Assembly: GCF_006345805.1 (NCBI RefSeq)
Contig: NC_043007.1
Location: forward strand, 33,976,001 to 34,040,000
DNA from: Octopus sinensis
Lineage: Eukaryota
DNA length: 64,000 nucleotides
Direction: 5' to 3'
Below, one piece after another: positions 51,205 through 64,000 of the stretch. The position numbers were made by a program, and so were the translations under genes. The first letter of the stretch is position 1. The number at the start of each line of letters is the position of its first letter. The notes below the pieces were generated by a model that was not told where the DNA came from, did not search any database, and saw only the letters and a program-made list of their open reading frames with translations.

Positions 51205-52734
51205 TTTTTGAAGAAAGCTGTACTTTACTTCATCATTTTTCTCTTCGGTACTTCGTTATTCCATTCAAAAGGGATTTCATTGTAGTGAGGACAAAAATGT
51301 CTCTCCTCAACTGTTGTCATTGTTATGCTGGGTCTTTTGTCCTCGTTTCTTTCTTTTTTTTATCTTTTGAGTTTTCATTGACCATTTGTGTATTTTCTTT
51401 TATGGCTATTATTTCTTCATCGCACGATAATAATGTTGCAATCCGGTAACGAGCTGTTAGCTCGTCTAATTCTAATAATGAACCTTAAAATTCTTTATTT
51501 GCCATTCATGTGTTTGCTTTACTCTTCATTAATTGCATTTTACGTTTTTTTTTTCTTTTTCTTTGCTTCATCATTAAAGTTCTTCCAGGTATTCAGTTCT
51601 GATATGTGTTTTATTGCAACAAATGTTGCAAATATTGGGTTGTCCGGAAAGTTCGTGCCGATTTATAGTGGCTTACCTTTCGACTTATTTTAGAACATGG
51701 TTGAGTCCATAGAATAGGATTTGACTACACCGCCATTTGGAGCACAGTTAAAATTATCTTTTCGTGGAAGAAGGTTTATGTTCCTATAACCTGTGTTATA
51801 TCTGTAACCCTTTAAAATGGAAGATAAGGAAGTTCATTTTCGGCACTTGATGCTTTGGGAACCAGACAATAATTGCTTCAGCTCGGCTGGTATGTGTTAC
51901 CCCACCCCCCATATTCACCAGATATTGTTCCTTTGGATTTCCACTTATTCAGGTCTCTGCACAATAGTCTTAATGGTAAAAATTTCAATTCCTTGGATGA
52001 CATAAAAATATACCTTGATGAATTCTTTGCCATGAAACCACCTCAATTCTTGGAAGAGGATATTTTCAAGTTAAAGGAAAAATGGAGACGCATTGTGCAA
52101 GAAAATTATTCATATTTGGTTAATTAAAACTGTAATGGCAAGTATTTATTGACCTTTTTCTCTCCCTTAAAAATCGGCACGAACTTTCCAGACAACCCAA
52201 TAGATTTTTATTCATTGGATTGCTGCCTTTTGACTCGGTACTTTCCACTAGGCACAGCTTCGTTTGGGTCTATGACCTTCAAGTGCCTTAAGGTCTTATA
52301 AATTCATCCTGACTCGAAGTTATCTTACTGTAGCACTATTCTACCCATTCTCCCATATTTCGATGCAAATGTGACTTACAGCCATAAATCATTTCCGAAA
52401 TATTGAAATGATGAGTGAAGCAAATACATGAATAACACGGGAATGGCAAATAAAGAATTTTAAGGTTCATTATTAGAATTAGATGAGCTAACAGCTCGTT
52501 ACCAGATTGCAGCATTATTATCGTGCGATGAAGAAATAATAACCATAAATGAAAATACAGAAATAGTCAATGAAAACTCAAAAGATAAAGAGAATGAAAT
52601 CAGACAAAAGACCCAACATAACAATGAGAACAGTTGAGGAGAAACATTTTTGTCCTCACTTCAATGAAATCCCTTTTGAGCGGAATGACGAAGAACCGAA
52701 GAGAAAAATGTTAACTACAGCATTCTTCAAAATA
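51205..52734. repeat. Diverged inverted repeat, ~325-bp arms (51205-51531 / 52407-52734)
   Basis: For example GAATGGCAAATAAAGAATTTTAAGGTTCATTATTAGAATTAG occurs on opposite strands. Confidence 0.9.
51635..52200 (+). mobile_element. Second copy of the internally deleted mariner
   Basis: Same TIRs and deletion junction as 49159-49727; TA flanks. Confidence 0.92.
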
Positions 52735-53552
52735 TCTTGTAACTTTAGTGTTCACTCATGTATTGGCACGCAAATATACAGTCACAGATATTTCAGAGAA
52801 GTTTTTCCTTTTTTTTCAGTTGACAAAAATGGAAGGTTGTGGTGATGTCTGTTCTGCATTTAAGACTGAAAGCGCAGCCGACCGAACTCGTATTACGCAG
52901 AGCACATTCAGCAAAGTACAAAGAGATAGCAGCATCAAAACAAGCCGCAATACATATCCAAGTCACATAGAATTGTGCATGGTAGTGCTGTAAGAGCAAG
53001 CAAATGAAAATAAGACAACTGAATCATGATGATGATGAAGGGGAGGAGGAGGAGAGGTGATGGTGGTGGTTTTGAAGGAGAAGGTGGGGCAGGAGTTGGT
53101 GGTGGTCGACGACGACGATAGTAATATAACGCTGAATCGAGCTGGCTATATAATTTCATAAACATATTTGCAGTTGATTTCTGCATCCGTGTCCAGTAAA
53201 ACGATATATAATGTGTGTTTATTTTGAAGCAGGTCCTTTGATTAATTTTCGATATGTCATTCCGTTTAATCTATTTTTATGTATATTATACATATTTTCC
53301 ATCATTCTCAAATTTCAATATTTTTCTATTTCTCCAAAACTTTTCCTAAGCTTTTTACAATGACATAATCTTGTTATGTCTACAAAATATTTATTGATAT
53401 TCCTATTAATATATAATTGTATATATATATATATATATATACATGCACACGCATAATTGTTTATGTCCGTGTATGCGTATATGTGCAGGTGTGTGATAAT
53501 CATGTATATATTACACACACACATATATATACTTATGTATATAAACACACAC

Positions 53553-53589
<37 letters not shown>

Positions 53590-53605
53590 AGTGTGTGTGT
53601 GTGAC

Positions 53606-53643
<38 letters not shown>

Positions 53644-53670
53644 TATATATATGTATCCTAACACACACAC

Positions 53671-53704
<34 letters not shown>

Positions 53705-53728
53705 AGTGTGTGTGAGTGTGTGTGGTGA

Positions 53729-53777
<49 letters not shown>

Positions 53778-54305
53778 TATATATATGTATCCTAACACAC
53801 ACACGAATACGACACACAGACGCGCACTCATCTTTGAATTACTTAAACATGCTCAATTCCATTACTTTCAGGCAATAGACATACGATTTCGATTTATTAA
53901 TCTTCTCTCTGTTTTTTTTTTTCTGTTTTTTTTTCACCTTTTTTGCTGCTACGCAAATAATTCAATTTTCGCACAAAATATTCTTATATGCAGATTTATA
54001 CATAAGATGATATTCAAACGTGTAGACATCATTTTCAACGTCTGATGAACATTATGCAGGCAAATTGCGACGATATCAACTAGTAATGGTGGCAGGTATT
54101 TACATCTTAGCATAACGAAGAAAGATGAGAAGAGCTAGCGTTGCAATATGACAGCATAACGTAAGTAAAAATAGATTTCAGCACACTTCAATTATATCGT
54201 GCCAGATTGTCTTAGTTTTGTGTAAAAAATATCAGTGACACCTTCTCGACTTATATTACTGGAACTAGCAAACTAATAATGATGATGATGATAATAATAT
54301 TAATA

Positions 54306-54375
<70 letters not shown>

Positions 54376-54461
54376 TATTAATAATAGTAGTAATAAAAAT
54401 AATAATAATAATAATAATAATTAATAATAATAATAGTAATAATAATAATAATAATAATATA

Positions 54462-54505
<44 letters not shown>

Positions 54506-54508
54506 GAT

Positions 54509-54629
<121 letters not shown>

Positions 54630-54925
54630 CACATCTGGAAACATGGGTGTTTCATTCAACATCCTTAAACAACCCTCATTCAGAGACCTTTTGAGCGGGA
54701 TGGGTTACTCGATGAGAAAAAAAATTCTAACTGGGCCCCAACTGCAAGGTCATGTGCTGTTTATCTTGATATGAGATCATCATGTCGTGCACCCATGCTT
54801 GTGATGCATGTGCCTGGTGTACCCTTATCAGACGAGTAGTCATGATGGGTTTACATGACCTCGTACATTTTACACCAGTGTCACATTGATGGCATGCTCT
54901 GTTCTCTCACTGGATGATGATGATG

Positions 54926-54982
<57 letters not shown>

Positions 54983-54999
54983 GTAATGGTTTCAGATTG

Positions 55000-55420
55000 T
55001 GCCACAGAGGTAGCAGTTTGGGGGAGAAGATGAGTCGATTACATCGACCCCAGTACTCAACTGGTACTTAATTTATCGACCCCGAGTTGATGATAGACAA
55101 AGTAAACCTCGGCGGAATTTAAACTCTGAAATAAATACCGCTAAGCATTTCGCCTGGCGTGCTAACGATTCTGCCAGCTCGCCGCCAAATATAATAATGA
55201 TAAAAATAATCCTTTCTGTTATAGGCACAAGGCCTGAAATTTGGGGGAGGAAGATAGTCTATTACATCGATATCAGGGTTCAAATGGCACTTATTTTATC
55301 GATCCCAAAATGATGAAAGGCAAAGTCGGTATCGGAGGAATTTGAACTCAGAATGTAGCGGCAGGACAAATACCGCTAAGCATTTTGTCCGACGTGCTAA
55401 CGATTCTGCAAGCTCGCTGC
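55000..55420 (-). mobile_element. Two family C SINEs, tail 2
   Basis: Core and head motifs in reverse complement. Confidence 0.8.
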
Positions 55421-55474
55421 ATTAATGATGATAATAACAGTAATAATAATAATTATCATCGTTATATTAATTTC

Positions 55475-55900
55475 ATTTCTTAGCCACAAGGGTGAAAAAT
55501 GAGTGGGACAATGCTAAGACAGGCATAAAGTGAGGGAATTTACATATAATGAAGTGATTATAAAAGAAAAGAAACTATACACGGTATACACCGAAAACGA
55601 TGGGACATATGCATAGCAAACAAAGGTTAAAAAAGTGGTGGTGAGGATCATAGAGATATGCCCCTCCTGATACAGGAAGGTCTCTACGGATAATCGAGGA
55701 ACCCAACTGTCCGAGAGTTCCCTGAAACCCCAGGAGCAAGTGCCCTCTTCAATTCCCTCCCTCCTACTCACAGGTCTACACTTAGACATGTAGCATCCAC
55801 TCTTACATTTTCGCAACTTTCACCCACCTTTCAATAAACTCACTCGAGGACTGCACTTCCCTCTCCACTCTCAATTTCTTTTTCAAGTGTCACCCTCCAC
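55475..55900 (-). mobile_element. L1/Tx1-clade LINE 3' end
   Basis: HLKKKLRVEREVQSSSEFIERWVKVAKM, homologous to 23.9-24.1 kb. Confidence 0.75.
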
Positions 55901-56416
55901 AAAAATTCCAAACTTTAATTAATTTCCTTTGCGGGAAGGTCTGTTTCAACGAACTCGCGTCTTGTCCATGCCTTCACGACATGGAGTAGTTGAAACTGGG
56001 ACAACTGAAGAAGGGGAATATTCTTTAGATTGTATGTCTCGTTTCTCTGTTTGTTGTTTTTCGTTATTCGAAAATAAGTTCGTTTCTATGTTTTTGTTTT
56101 TATTTTTCGTTTCTCATCGTGTTCAATGTTTTTCTGATGTCCTGTACCCATTTATGCATGTATAATTACATACATATGTAGGTATGTACATACATGTATG
56201 TATATATGCATATATTTATATATTATTTATATTATTATATGATCGAACGCCACGCATCCTTTTCCGTGAGAGTTTTATCTATCTATCAATCTATACACAT
56301 ATCTCTTATTATAATATAATAATAAAGGGTAAAATCAATTAATAATTAATAATTCTACCAAGTAGTTTCGGCATGTTAAAAGGACCACTATTGGTAAAAC
56401 TTGAACAATAATTCTC

Positions 56417-56658
56417 ATAATTATGAGTATAATTATAATTAGGGCTCAGCAAAAACATTAGCTTCACCACATACCGACATTTAGAAATAGCAGCCAAAGA
56501 AACTAGCTATTTCTCTACCATAAGAAATTTTCTCTACCATGGGAGATGTTCTTACAGTGGAGAAATAGCTTGTTTCTTTGGCTGCTATTTCTAAATTTTG
56601 GTATGTGGTGAAGCAAATTCTTTGGCTGAACCCTAATTATAATTATACTCATAATTAT
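56417..56658. repeat. Fold-back with ~99-bp arms, next to a decayed hammerhead-like relic (56350-56400)
   Basis: 56417-56515 versus 56560-56658. Confidence 0.88.
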
Positions 56659-56688
56659 AAAAATTACACACACATATATATATATATA

Positions 56689-56786
<98 letters not shown>

Positions 56787-57610
56787 TCTATATTACTTCC
56801 TGTGCGCTGTTTTCAGAATATTTATAACTAAACAATTAAAATGTTTTCTTCACAAACATGAGGCTGGGAGTTCGGCAAGTGCCTTCGCCCGTACCTTCGA
56901 TTTTCTCCAAATGCCCTGAATTAAATTGATGGAAAGGAATCAGTTTAGGAACCCGTCGGAGATTAATTGCACCTTTATTTACATTACTAACCCGCATTGT
57001 TATTGACTGTATCATGCGGGATTCAATGTAAAAAAAAAAGATACTAAGGTCAGAATTAACACTGGAATACAACCAAGTAATTCATCTGCTTTATACACTA
57101 ATTCAGCAAATAAATAACTCCATTGATCAAACAACCGGGACCGTCGTCGTTGGAACTGATGGAGATCCATTCATTATTTATTGATATATAATAAATCATA
57201 TGATTATTTGTAGATTATATCCTCAAGTGGTACAATTGCCAAGAGATATTTTATTCTAGGCTCTATATATTAGATGTCCTTACGGATTACGATGCCGTCG
57301 ATGCTGCGGTTTATTCGTTTGTCGTTATTGTTGTTTTCATAAACATTGTTGCTGTAGGTTGCTGCTGCTGTTGTTATTGTTGTTTTGTTGTTGTGGTGGT
57401 GCCGGTGGTGGTGGTGATGCTGGTGGCCATTATGTTTGTTATTTTTGTTTGTAAGCAGTTTTCATTGTTCTCATTGTTGAATATGTTTATTATTGTTTTA
57501 GCTGCTTACGTTGTGTAAGTTTTACTTTGTCATTGTTACTGCTTCTTCTTCTTCTTCTTTCTTCTTCTTCTTCTTTCTTCTTCTTCTTCTACTTCTTCTT
57601 CTTCCACTTC

Positions 57611-57642
<32 letters not shown>

Positions 57643-58169
57643 CCTTCTTCTCCTTCTTCCCCTTCTTCTTCTCCTTCTTTTTATTATTCTTCTCCTTCTT
57701 TTTCTTCTTCTTCTTCCACTTCTTCTTCTTCCACTTCCTCTTCCGCCGCTTCTTTTTCTTCTCCTTTTTCCTCTTGCTGTCATAAGCGACAATATTTCAA
57801 CTGTTGTTATTGCTGTGGTCCGAATTGTTGTTGTTGTTGTTGGTGGTGGTCGTCGTCGTCGTCGTCTTGGTAGATTTACCGTTGTTGTTCTCGTTCTTGT
57901 TGTAACAAATTGTATAGTTTTAAATATAATGATTATCGTTATATTTAAAACGGTGTTGGATAAGTAAAAATGCTACAGTATAGCCAAATGCTTTGTGGCA
58001 TTTCTTTCGGAGCTATGTGTTCTGATTTCAAATCCTTTGCCACTCGTCCTTTTGGAGGTGAAAAAATAAAATACCAGTCATGTACTGGAATCATTACTTG
58101 AAAATTGTCGATCGTAACTTATATTATAAAATTATCTGCGTGTAGGACGAATCCGATTACTAGACGAAT

Positions 58170-58720
58170 CCATTCTGAGGATCGCCCACCCCTCACCTTT
58201 AGTAAGGCAAAGCAGGCGGTGTTCCTCTGTTTAGCCACAATGAGGAAAGTCATTGTCTGGATGAAGCTCAGGAAGTATATCTTCATCCACGGCGAAACTC
58301 TCATCGACTTTTTAAAGTTTCACTTGGAAAGGGAAGAGACGGTGGAGAGGAAAGTGTTGGCTCCCAGTGAATTTGGTAAAAGATGGGTAACTGTGGCAAA
58401 AAATGGCCTGAGTGAATGGCCATTCTCTAAGAATGCACCAATAGATTGGAAGGGAAGATTTCGGTGAGGGCTCGTACGTTTTGTGGTCAAGGTAATTCTG
58501 CATCTGTAGTCATAATTAGAGCATCTCTTATATCAGGAGGACTGCATAATTCATGTTATCTTTTAGTTTGTATAGTACGTACATTTTAATTACATTTCAC
58601 CATCTTTTCCATCTTTTCCTTTTTCATCTTTTACGTAAATTCCCACAAAATTGTTCCCTGGCCTCATGATGTCCCTCTCACCAATGGCCCTCTGGTTAAT
58701 AAAAAGAAATCGTAATCATC
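58170..58720 (+). mobile_element. L1/Tx1-clade LINE 3' end
   Basis: LIDFLKFHLEREETVERKVL...KRWVTVAK; ends GGCCCTCTGGTTAATAAAAAGAAAT. Confidence 0.7.
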
Positions 58721-58739
58721 ATCATCACCATAAATAATA

Positions 58740-58785
<46 letters not shown>

Positions 58786-58786
58786 C

Positions 58787-59178
58787 CTTTCTACTAAAGG
58801 CACAAGGCCTGAAATTTTTGGGGAGAGGACTAGTCGATTAGACCGACTCCAGAGTTTCACTGGTACTTAATTTATCGACCCCGAAGTGACGAAAGACAAA
58901 GTCGACCTCGGCTAAAATTTGAACTCAGAACGTAGCTACGGGTGAAATACCTATTTCTTTACTACCCACAAGGGGCTAAACACAGAGGAGACAAACAAGG
59001 ACAGGCAGACAGATTAAGTCGATTATATCGACCCCAGTGCGTAACTGGTACTTAATTTATCGACCCCGAAAGGATGAAAGGCAAAGTCGACCCCGGCGGA
59101 ATTTGAACTCAGAACGTAGCGGCAGATGAAATACCGCTCAGCATTTCGTCCGGCACGCTAACGATTCTGCCAGCTCAC
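58787..59178 (-). mobile_element. Dimeric family C SINE
   Basis: Head-core-tail1, junction AAAGAAAT-A-GGTATTTC, then core-tail2. Confidence 0.85.
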
Positions 59179-59201
59179 CAATAATGATAGTAGTAGTAGT
59201 A

Positions 59202-59252
<51 letters not shown>

Positions 59253-60114
59253 TTTCTACTATAAGCACAAGGCCTTAAATCTGAGGGAGGGAGTTAAGTC
59301 GATTAAATCGAATTTAGCACTCAACTTGTACTTATTTTATCGACCCCGAAATGATGAAAGGCAAAAGTAGACCTGAACGGAGTTTGAACTCAGATCGCGT
59401 AAACTGCAGGAGGCTCCTTTTCTGATATTCTGTGGTGGCTATTATTATTATTATTATTTGTTGTAATTGGCCTGATTATCGCCTTGGTTGTTGTTGTAGT
59501 TGTTGTTGTTGTGGATGTTGTTGTTGTTGTTGTTAAAAATTTATGCAGTTCCCACCGTGGTTTATTGATGTTCATCTCGGTGTTGTTAATTGTGTATATT
59601 TCTTGAAAATATTGTTTCCGCCGTCGCCAGCGTCGTTGCAATCGTCGTCGTCGTCGTCGTCTTTATTGTTTTGCGATGGTGTTGCTTGTGTCCGTTTTGT
59701 TTTCGTCTTTGCTTTGCTGTTTTTAACTATACCAAGGGACAGCTATTCAAACATACAGTCTCTAACAGTCTAGACATCGTATAAATGCTTCAATTTCTCA
59801 ACAATGAAGTCTCCAAAGAGCCAAATTGTGTGCGCATATTCCATCTATGCTTGCCTGAACCTATTCATATGTGCAAATATATATGTACGTACGCCTGTTC
59901 GATTGTATGTGTATGCGTGTGTATACATATATACATCTTACACTCTACACATCCATATATCTGTGTATATAACCACGTCTATATAAATATATTCATAAAT
60001 TTATATGTATGTATAAACACATATACATGAATGTACAAACACACACACACACAAACATATATAAGTAAATATAAATATAAGTGTATATAGATATATTTCT
60101 ATATACATATATTC

Positions 60115-60166
<52 letters not shown>

Positions 60167-60732
60167 CGTATAAACACATATACATGAATATGTAAACACA
60201 CACACGCAGATATATATGTAAATATAAATATAATAATATAGATATATGTATATATATGTGTGCGTGCGTGTGTATATGTAAAACAAGACTCGTTAGCAGT
60301 GAATTATATATATATATATATATATATATACTTTGATACTTTGATACTTTGATAGGTTTCGGCCATTATTGGCCCAGGCCATGTCTAACTTAATAGCACC
60401 ACCTATATATAGAGAGAGAGACACACTTCTTACACACCACAAACTGAAACATAAACATACACCTGTATCCGTGTGTTTGTCGCTGTGCGGTGATACAGGT
60501 GACATAGTTTCCATTACTTTCATCCTTTACTATAAACAATTTCGTATTCATATTTTCAATATTTATAAATGTGTCTTCGGTTGTCTTGTATTTATATCAC
60601 ACGATACATCTTTCTCCATCAGACACACATTGATTCTTTACAAACACAAACACGCCCACACCTACACAAACACACACACACACAAACACACGCACACACA
60701 TACATACGCCCATGCACGAGCGTACTCACACG

Positions 60733-60775
<43 letters not shown>

Positions 60776-60822
60776 TATAGATATATATATATATATGTGT
60801 GTGTACTTCCAAATATCATATT

Positions 60823-61126
60823 GTGGAGACGCAAAGGCCCAGTGGTTAGGGCAGCGGACTCGCAGTCGCAGGATCGTGGTTTCGATTCCCAGACCGGACA
60901 TTGTGTGTGTTTATTGAGCGAAAACACCTAAAGCTCCACGAGGCTCCGACAGGGGTGGTGGCGACCCCTGTTGTACTCTTTCACCCCAACTTTCTCTCAC
61001 TCTTTCTTCCTGTTTCTTGAGTAACGCTGCGATGGAGTAGCGTTGCATCCAGCTGTGGAGAACACATACGCCACAGAAACCTGGAAACCGGGCCCATGAG
61101 ACTGGCTAGGCTTGAAAAGGGCGCAT
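60823..61126 (+). mobile_element. SINE family B, tail type 2
   Basis: Matches 33337-33640. Confidence 0.88.
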
Positions 61127-61248
61127 GAATTTTTTTTTAAATATCATATAATCACGATTTTTACAACGACGGCGATAACGGTGGCGATGACGACGACGGT
61201 AATGACGACGTCGGTGAAGATGATGATGATGATAATGATGATAATGTC

Positions 61249-61279
<31 letters not shown>

Positions 61280-61375
61280 ATAATAATGTCGATGAGTTAG
61301 ATCGATTCTCCGTGTATTCGAGAATTCAAGAGATGATTCCCACTGTGCTGTGCATAATATACAGCATATATATAT

Positions 61376-61485
61376 ATTCTTTTACTCTTTTGCCGAACCG
61401 CTAGGTAACGAGGACATAAACACACCAGCATCGGTTGTCAAGCAATGCTAGGGGGACAAACACAGACACACAAATACACACACGC

Positions 61486-61516
<31 letters not shown>

Positions 61517-61680
61517 TACGACGGGCTTCTTTCAGTTTCCGTCTACCAAATCCGCTCACAAGGTTTTGGTGGCCCGAGTCTATAGTAGAAGACACTTGCC
61601 CAAGGTGCCACGCAGTGGGACTGAACCCAGAACCATGTGGTTGGTAAACAAGCTACTTACCACAAAGCCACTCCTGCGCC
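61376..61680 (-). mobile_element. SINE family A, internally deleted
   Basis: Reverse-complement match. Confidence 0.85.
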
Positions 61681-61711
<31 letters not shown>

Positions 61712-61791
61712 GATATTGATATAGGGAATGTTATTCCAAACTTACAGGGAAAAATTCAATTCAGAAATACTAGATCAAATTTCACAAATTA

Positions 61792-61876
<85 letters not shown>

Positions 61877-61959
61877 GAAAGAAAAAACACATTTATCAAT
61901 TCAACTGTGAAAAAATTAAATCATGCCATACAGAAAAAAATTAGAGATGATCTATGCAG

Positions 61960-62645
61960 TGTAAACACCTTTCCTCACATGCTCCAAAGAAGCCAAGGTA
62001 GTTTCATTTGCAGGTGATGAGGTAGGTTCAGTTTTGGGGGATGCAAAAGGATTTGTGGTTATTGACTATCTTATTTCTTTATTGCCCACAAGTGGCTAAA
62101 CATAGAGGGGACAAACAAAGACAGACAAAGGGATTAAGTCTTTTATATCGACTCCAGTGCGAAACTGGTACTTATTTTATCGACCCCGAAAAGATGAAAG
62201 GCAAAGTCGACCTCGACACAATTTGAACTCAGAACGTAGGCAGCAGACGAAATAGCTCTAAGCATTTCGCCCGGCGTGCTAACGATTCTGCCAGCTCGCC
62301 GCCTTATTGACTATCTGGCAAACAGCCACATCATTGATGGAGAGTATCATGCCAACTTGCTGAAACAGTTACGAAAGGCTATCAGGAACCAATACCCCGG
62401 AAAACCGACAAGAGTGGTCTTGTTTTATCGGGAACATGCTCCAGCGCCTAAGTCCTTCAGTTCAACGCACGCTGTGCGTAACTGTGGCTTTGAACTGGTT
62501 GATCTCTTTCCCAACTCTCCTGATTAGGTCCCCATCTGATTATATGTTTGCCAACATGAAAAACCACTTGGCTGAGAGCAAGTGTTTCAGTGATGTTGCC
62601 ATATGTGCTGTTGATAACATTTTTTACCAACAGGATGAAAACGTT
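61960..62645 (+). mobile_element. Mariner transposase relic split by a SINE
   Basis: DAKGFVVIDYL | ...GEYHANLLKQLRKAI...GFELVDLFPNSPD. Confidence 0.8.
62072..62303 (-). mobile_element. Family C SINE monomer with 13-bp TSD
   Basis: TTATTGACTATCT at 62059-62071 and 62304-62316. Confidence 0.93.
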
Positions 62646-62651
62646 TTAACG

Positions 62652-63050
62652 GCGGCGAGCTGGCAGAAACGTTAGCACGCCGGGTGAAATGCTAAGCGGT
62701 ATTTCGTCGGCCGTTACGTTCTGAGTTCAAATTCTGCCGAGGTCGACCTTGCCTTTCATCCTTTCGGGGTTGATAAATTAAGTACCAGTTACGCACTGGA
62801 GTCGATGTAATCGACTTAATACCTATGTCTGTCCTTGTTTGTCCCCTCTGTGTTTAGCTCCTTGTGGGTAATAAAGAAATAGGTATTTCGTCGGCCGTTA
62901 CGTTCTGAGTTCAAATTCTGCCGAGGTTGACCTTGCCTTTCATCCTTTCGGGGTTGATAAATTAAGTACCAGTTGCGTAGTGGGGTCGATCTAATCGACT
63001 GGCCTCCTCCCCCAAAACCTTTGGGCCTTGTGCCTCGCGTAGAAAAGGAG
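62652..63050 (+). mobile_element. Dimeric family C SINE
   Basis: Same architecture and junction as 58787-59178. Confidence 0.88.
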
Positions 63051-63220
63051 GAAAATGTTGAACAATGAAACTCAATTAGTAACATTCAATGAAAGCATCT
63101 TTGTCAGCCTATAAACCTTTCAACCGACCTTCGCGTGCAAACCCACTACGCAAACACATACATATACAAATACATTTCTGTGAGTTCTATTATGTATATA
63201 GCACAGAGCATTCAATGTGA

Positions 63221-63560
63221 AGGCGCATGGCTCAGTGGTTAGAGCATCGAGCTTACCATCGTGAGGTTGTGAGCTCGAATCCCGGACCGGGCTGCGTGTT
63301 GTGTTCTTGAGCAAGGCACTTTATTTCACATTGCTCCAGTTCACTCAGCTGTAGAAATGAGTTGCGACGTCACTGGTGCCAAGCTGTATCGGTTTTTGTC
63401 TTTCCCTTGGATAACACTGGTGGCTTGGAGAGGGGAAGCTGGTATGCATGGGCGACTGCTGGTCTTCCATAAACAACCTTGCCCGGACTTGTGTCTAGGA
63501 GGGTAACTTTCTAGGTGCAATCCCATGGTCAGTCATGACCGAAGGGGGTCTTTACCCCTT
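63221..63560 (+). mobile_element. tRNA-headed SINE of a fourth family with a CORE-like segment
   Basis: GGCTCAGTGGTTAGAGC...TCGAATCCC head; GTGTTCTTGAGCAAGGCACTT...CTCAGCTGTAGAAATG. Confidence 0.75.
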
Positions 63561-63793
63561 TACAGAGCATTCATATCTGTCAAGTTGTATGTCACTGCTA
63601 AAGTATCATGTTCATTCTTTTCGCATTTTGATATATATTTACATTTATTCTTCATTATCTCCCATTTCTTATGTATTGGAAAGTATGTTTCATATATGTT
63701 CTGTATTGTTATTTTTTGTACATTGATATTTATTCCTGTAACTCAATAAATTCACCAGAGAGAAAGAAGAAAAATATCAGTCAGGAATACAAC

Positions 63794-63844
<51 letters not shown>

Positions 63845-63906
63845 ATGTATGCGTATGTATAAAATGATACAAGCACAAACACACACATATATATACAGGG
63901 CCAATC

Positions 63907-63951
<45 letters not shown>

Positions 63952-64000
63952 ATATATAAAAGCAAGCACATGTATATATCTATAAATATATATGTATGTA

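Overview
Animal genomic DNA, very AT-rich and almost entirely repeats. The tRNA-headed SINE families, mariners and microsatellite load resemble an octopus/cephalopod genome (inference). No intact host gene is visible; most long ORFs in the track are translations of microsatellites. The window holds decayed Penelope-like retroelements (PLEs; about 6 RT or GIY-YIG relics), L1/Tx1, RTE and CR1 LINE fragments, full-length and deleted mariners, at least four SINE families and three microsatellite-bounded tandem duplications. The notable signal is a set of hammerhead ribozyme (HHR) motifs in small (TA)n-flanked elements. (i) Type I HHRs with palindromic stem III, one directly 3' of a PLE. (ii) Two fold-back elements with an HHR on each strand and a shared flanking module (18.5-19.2 kb, 36.25-36.77 kb). 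(iii) A CUGUUGA+A core-variant family in five copies. (iv) A two-copy family whose HHR segments lie in a non-circularly permuted order (11.19 kb, 50.2 kb). All folds were derived by eye, coordinates of decayed relics are approximate, and no activity is demonstrated.
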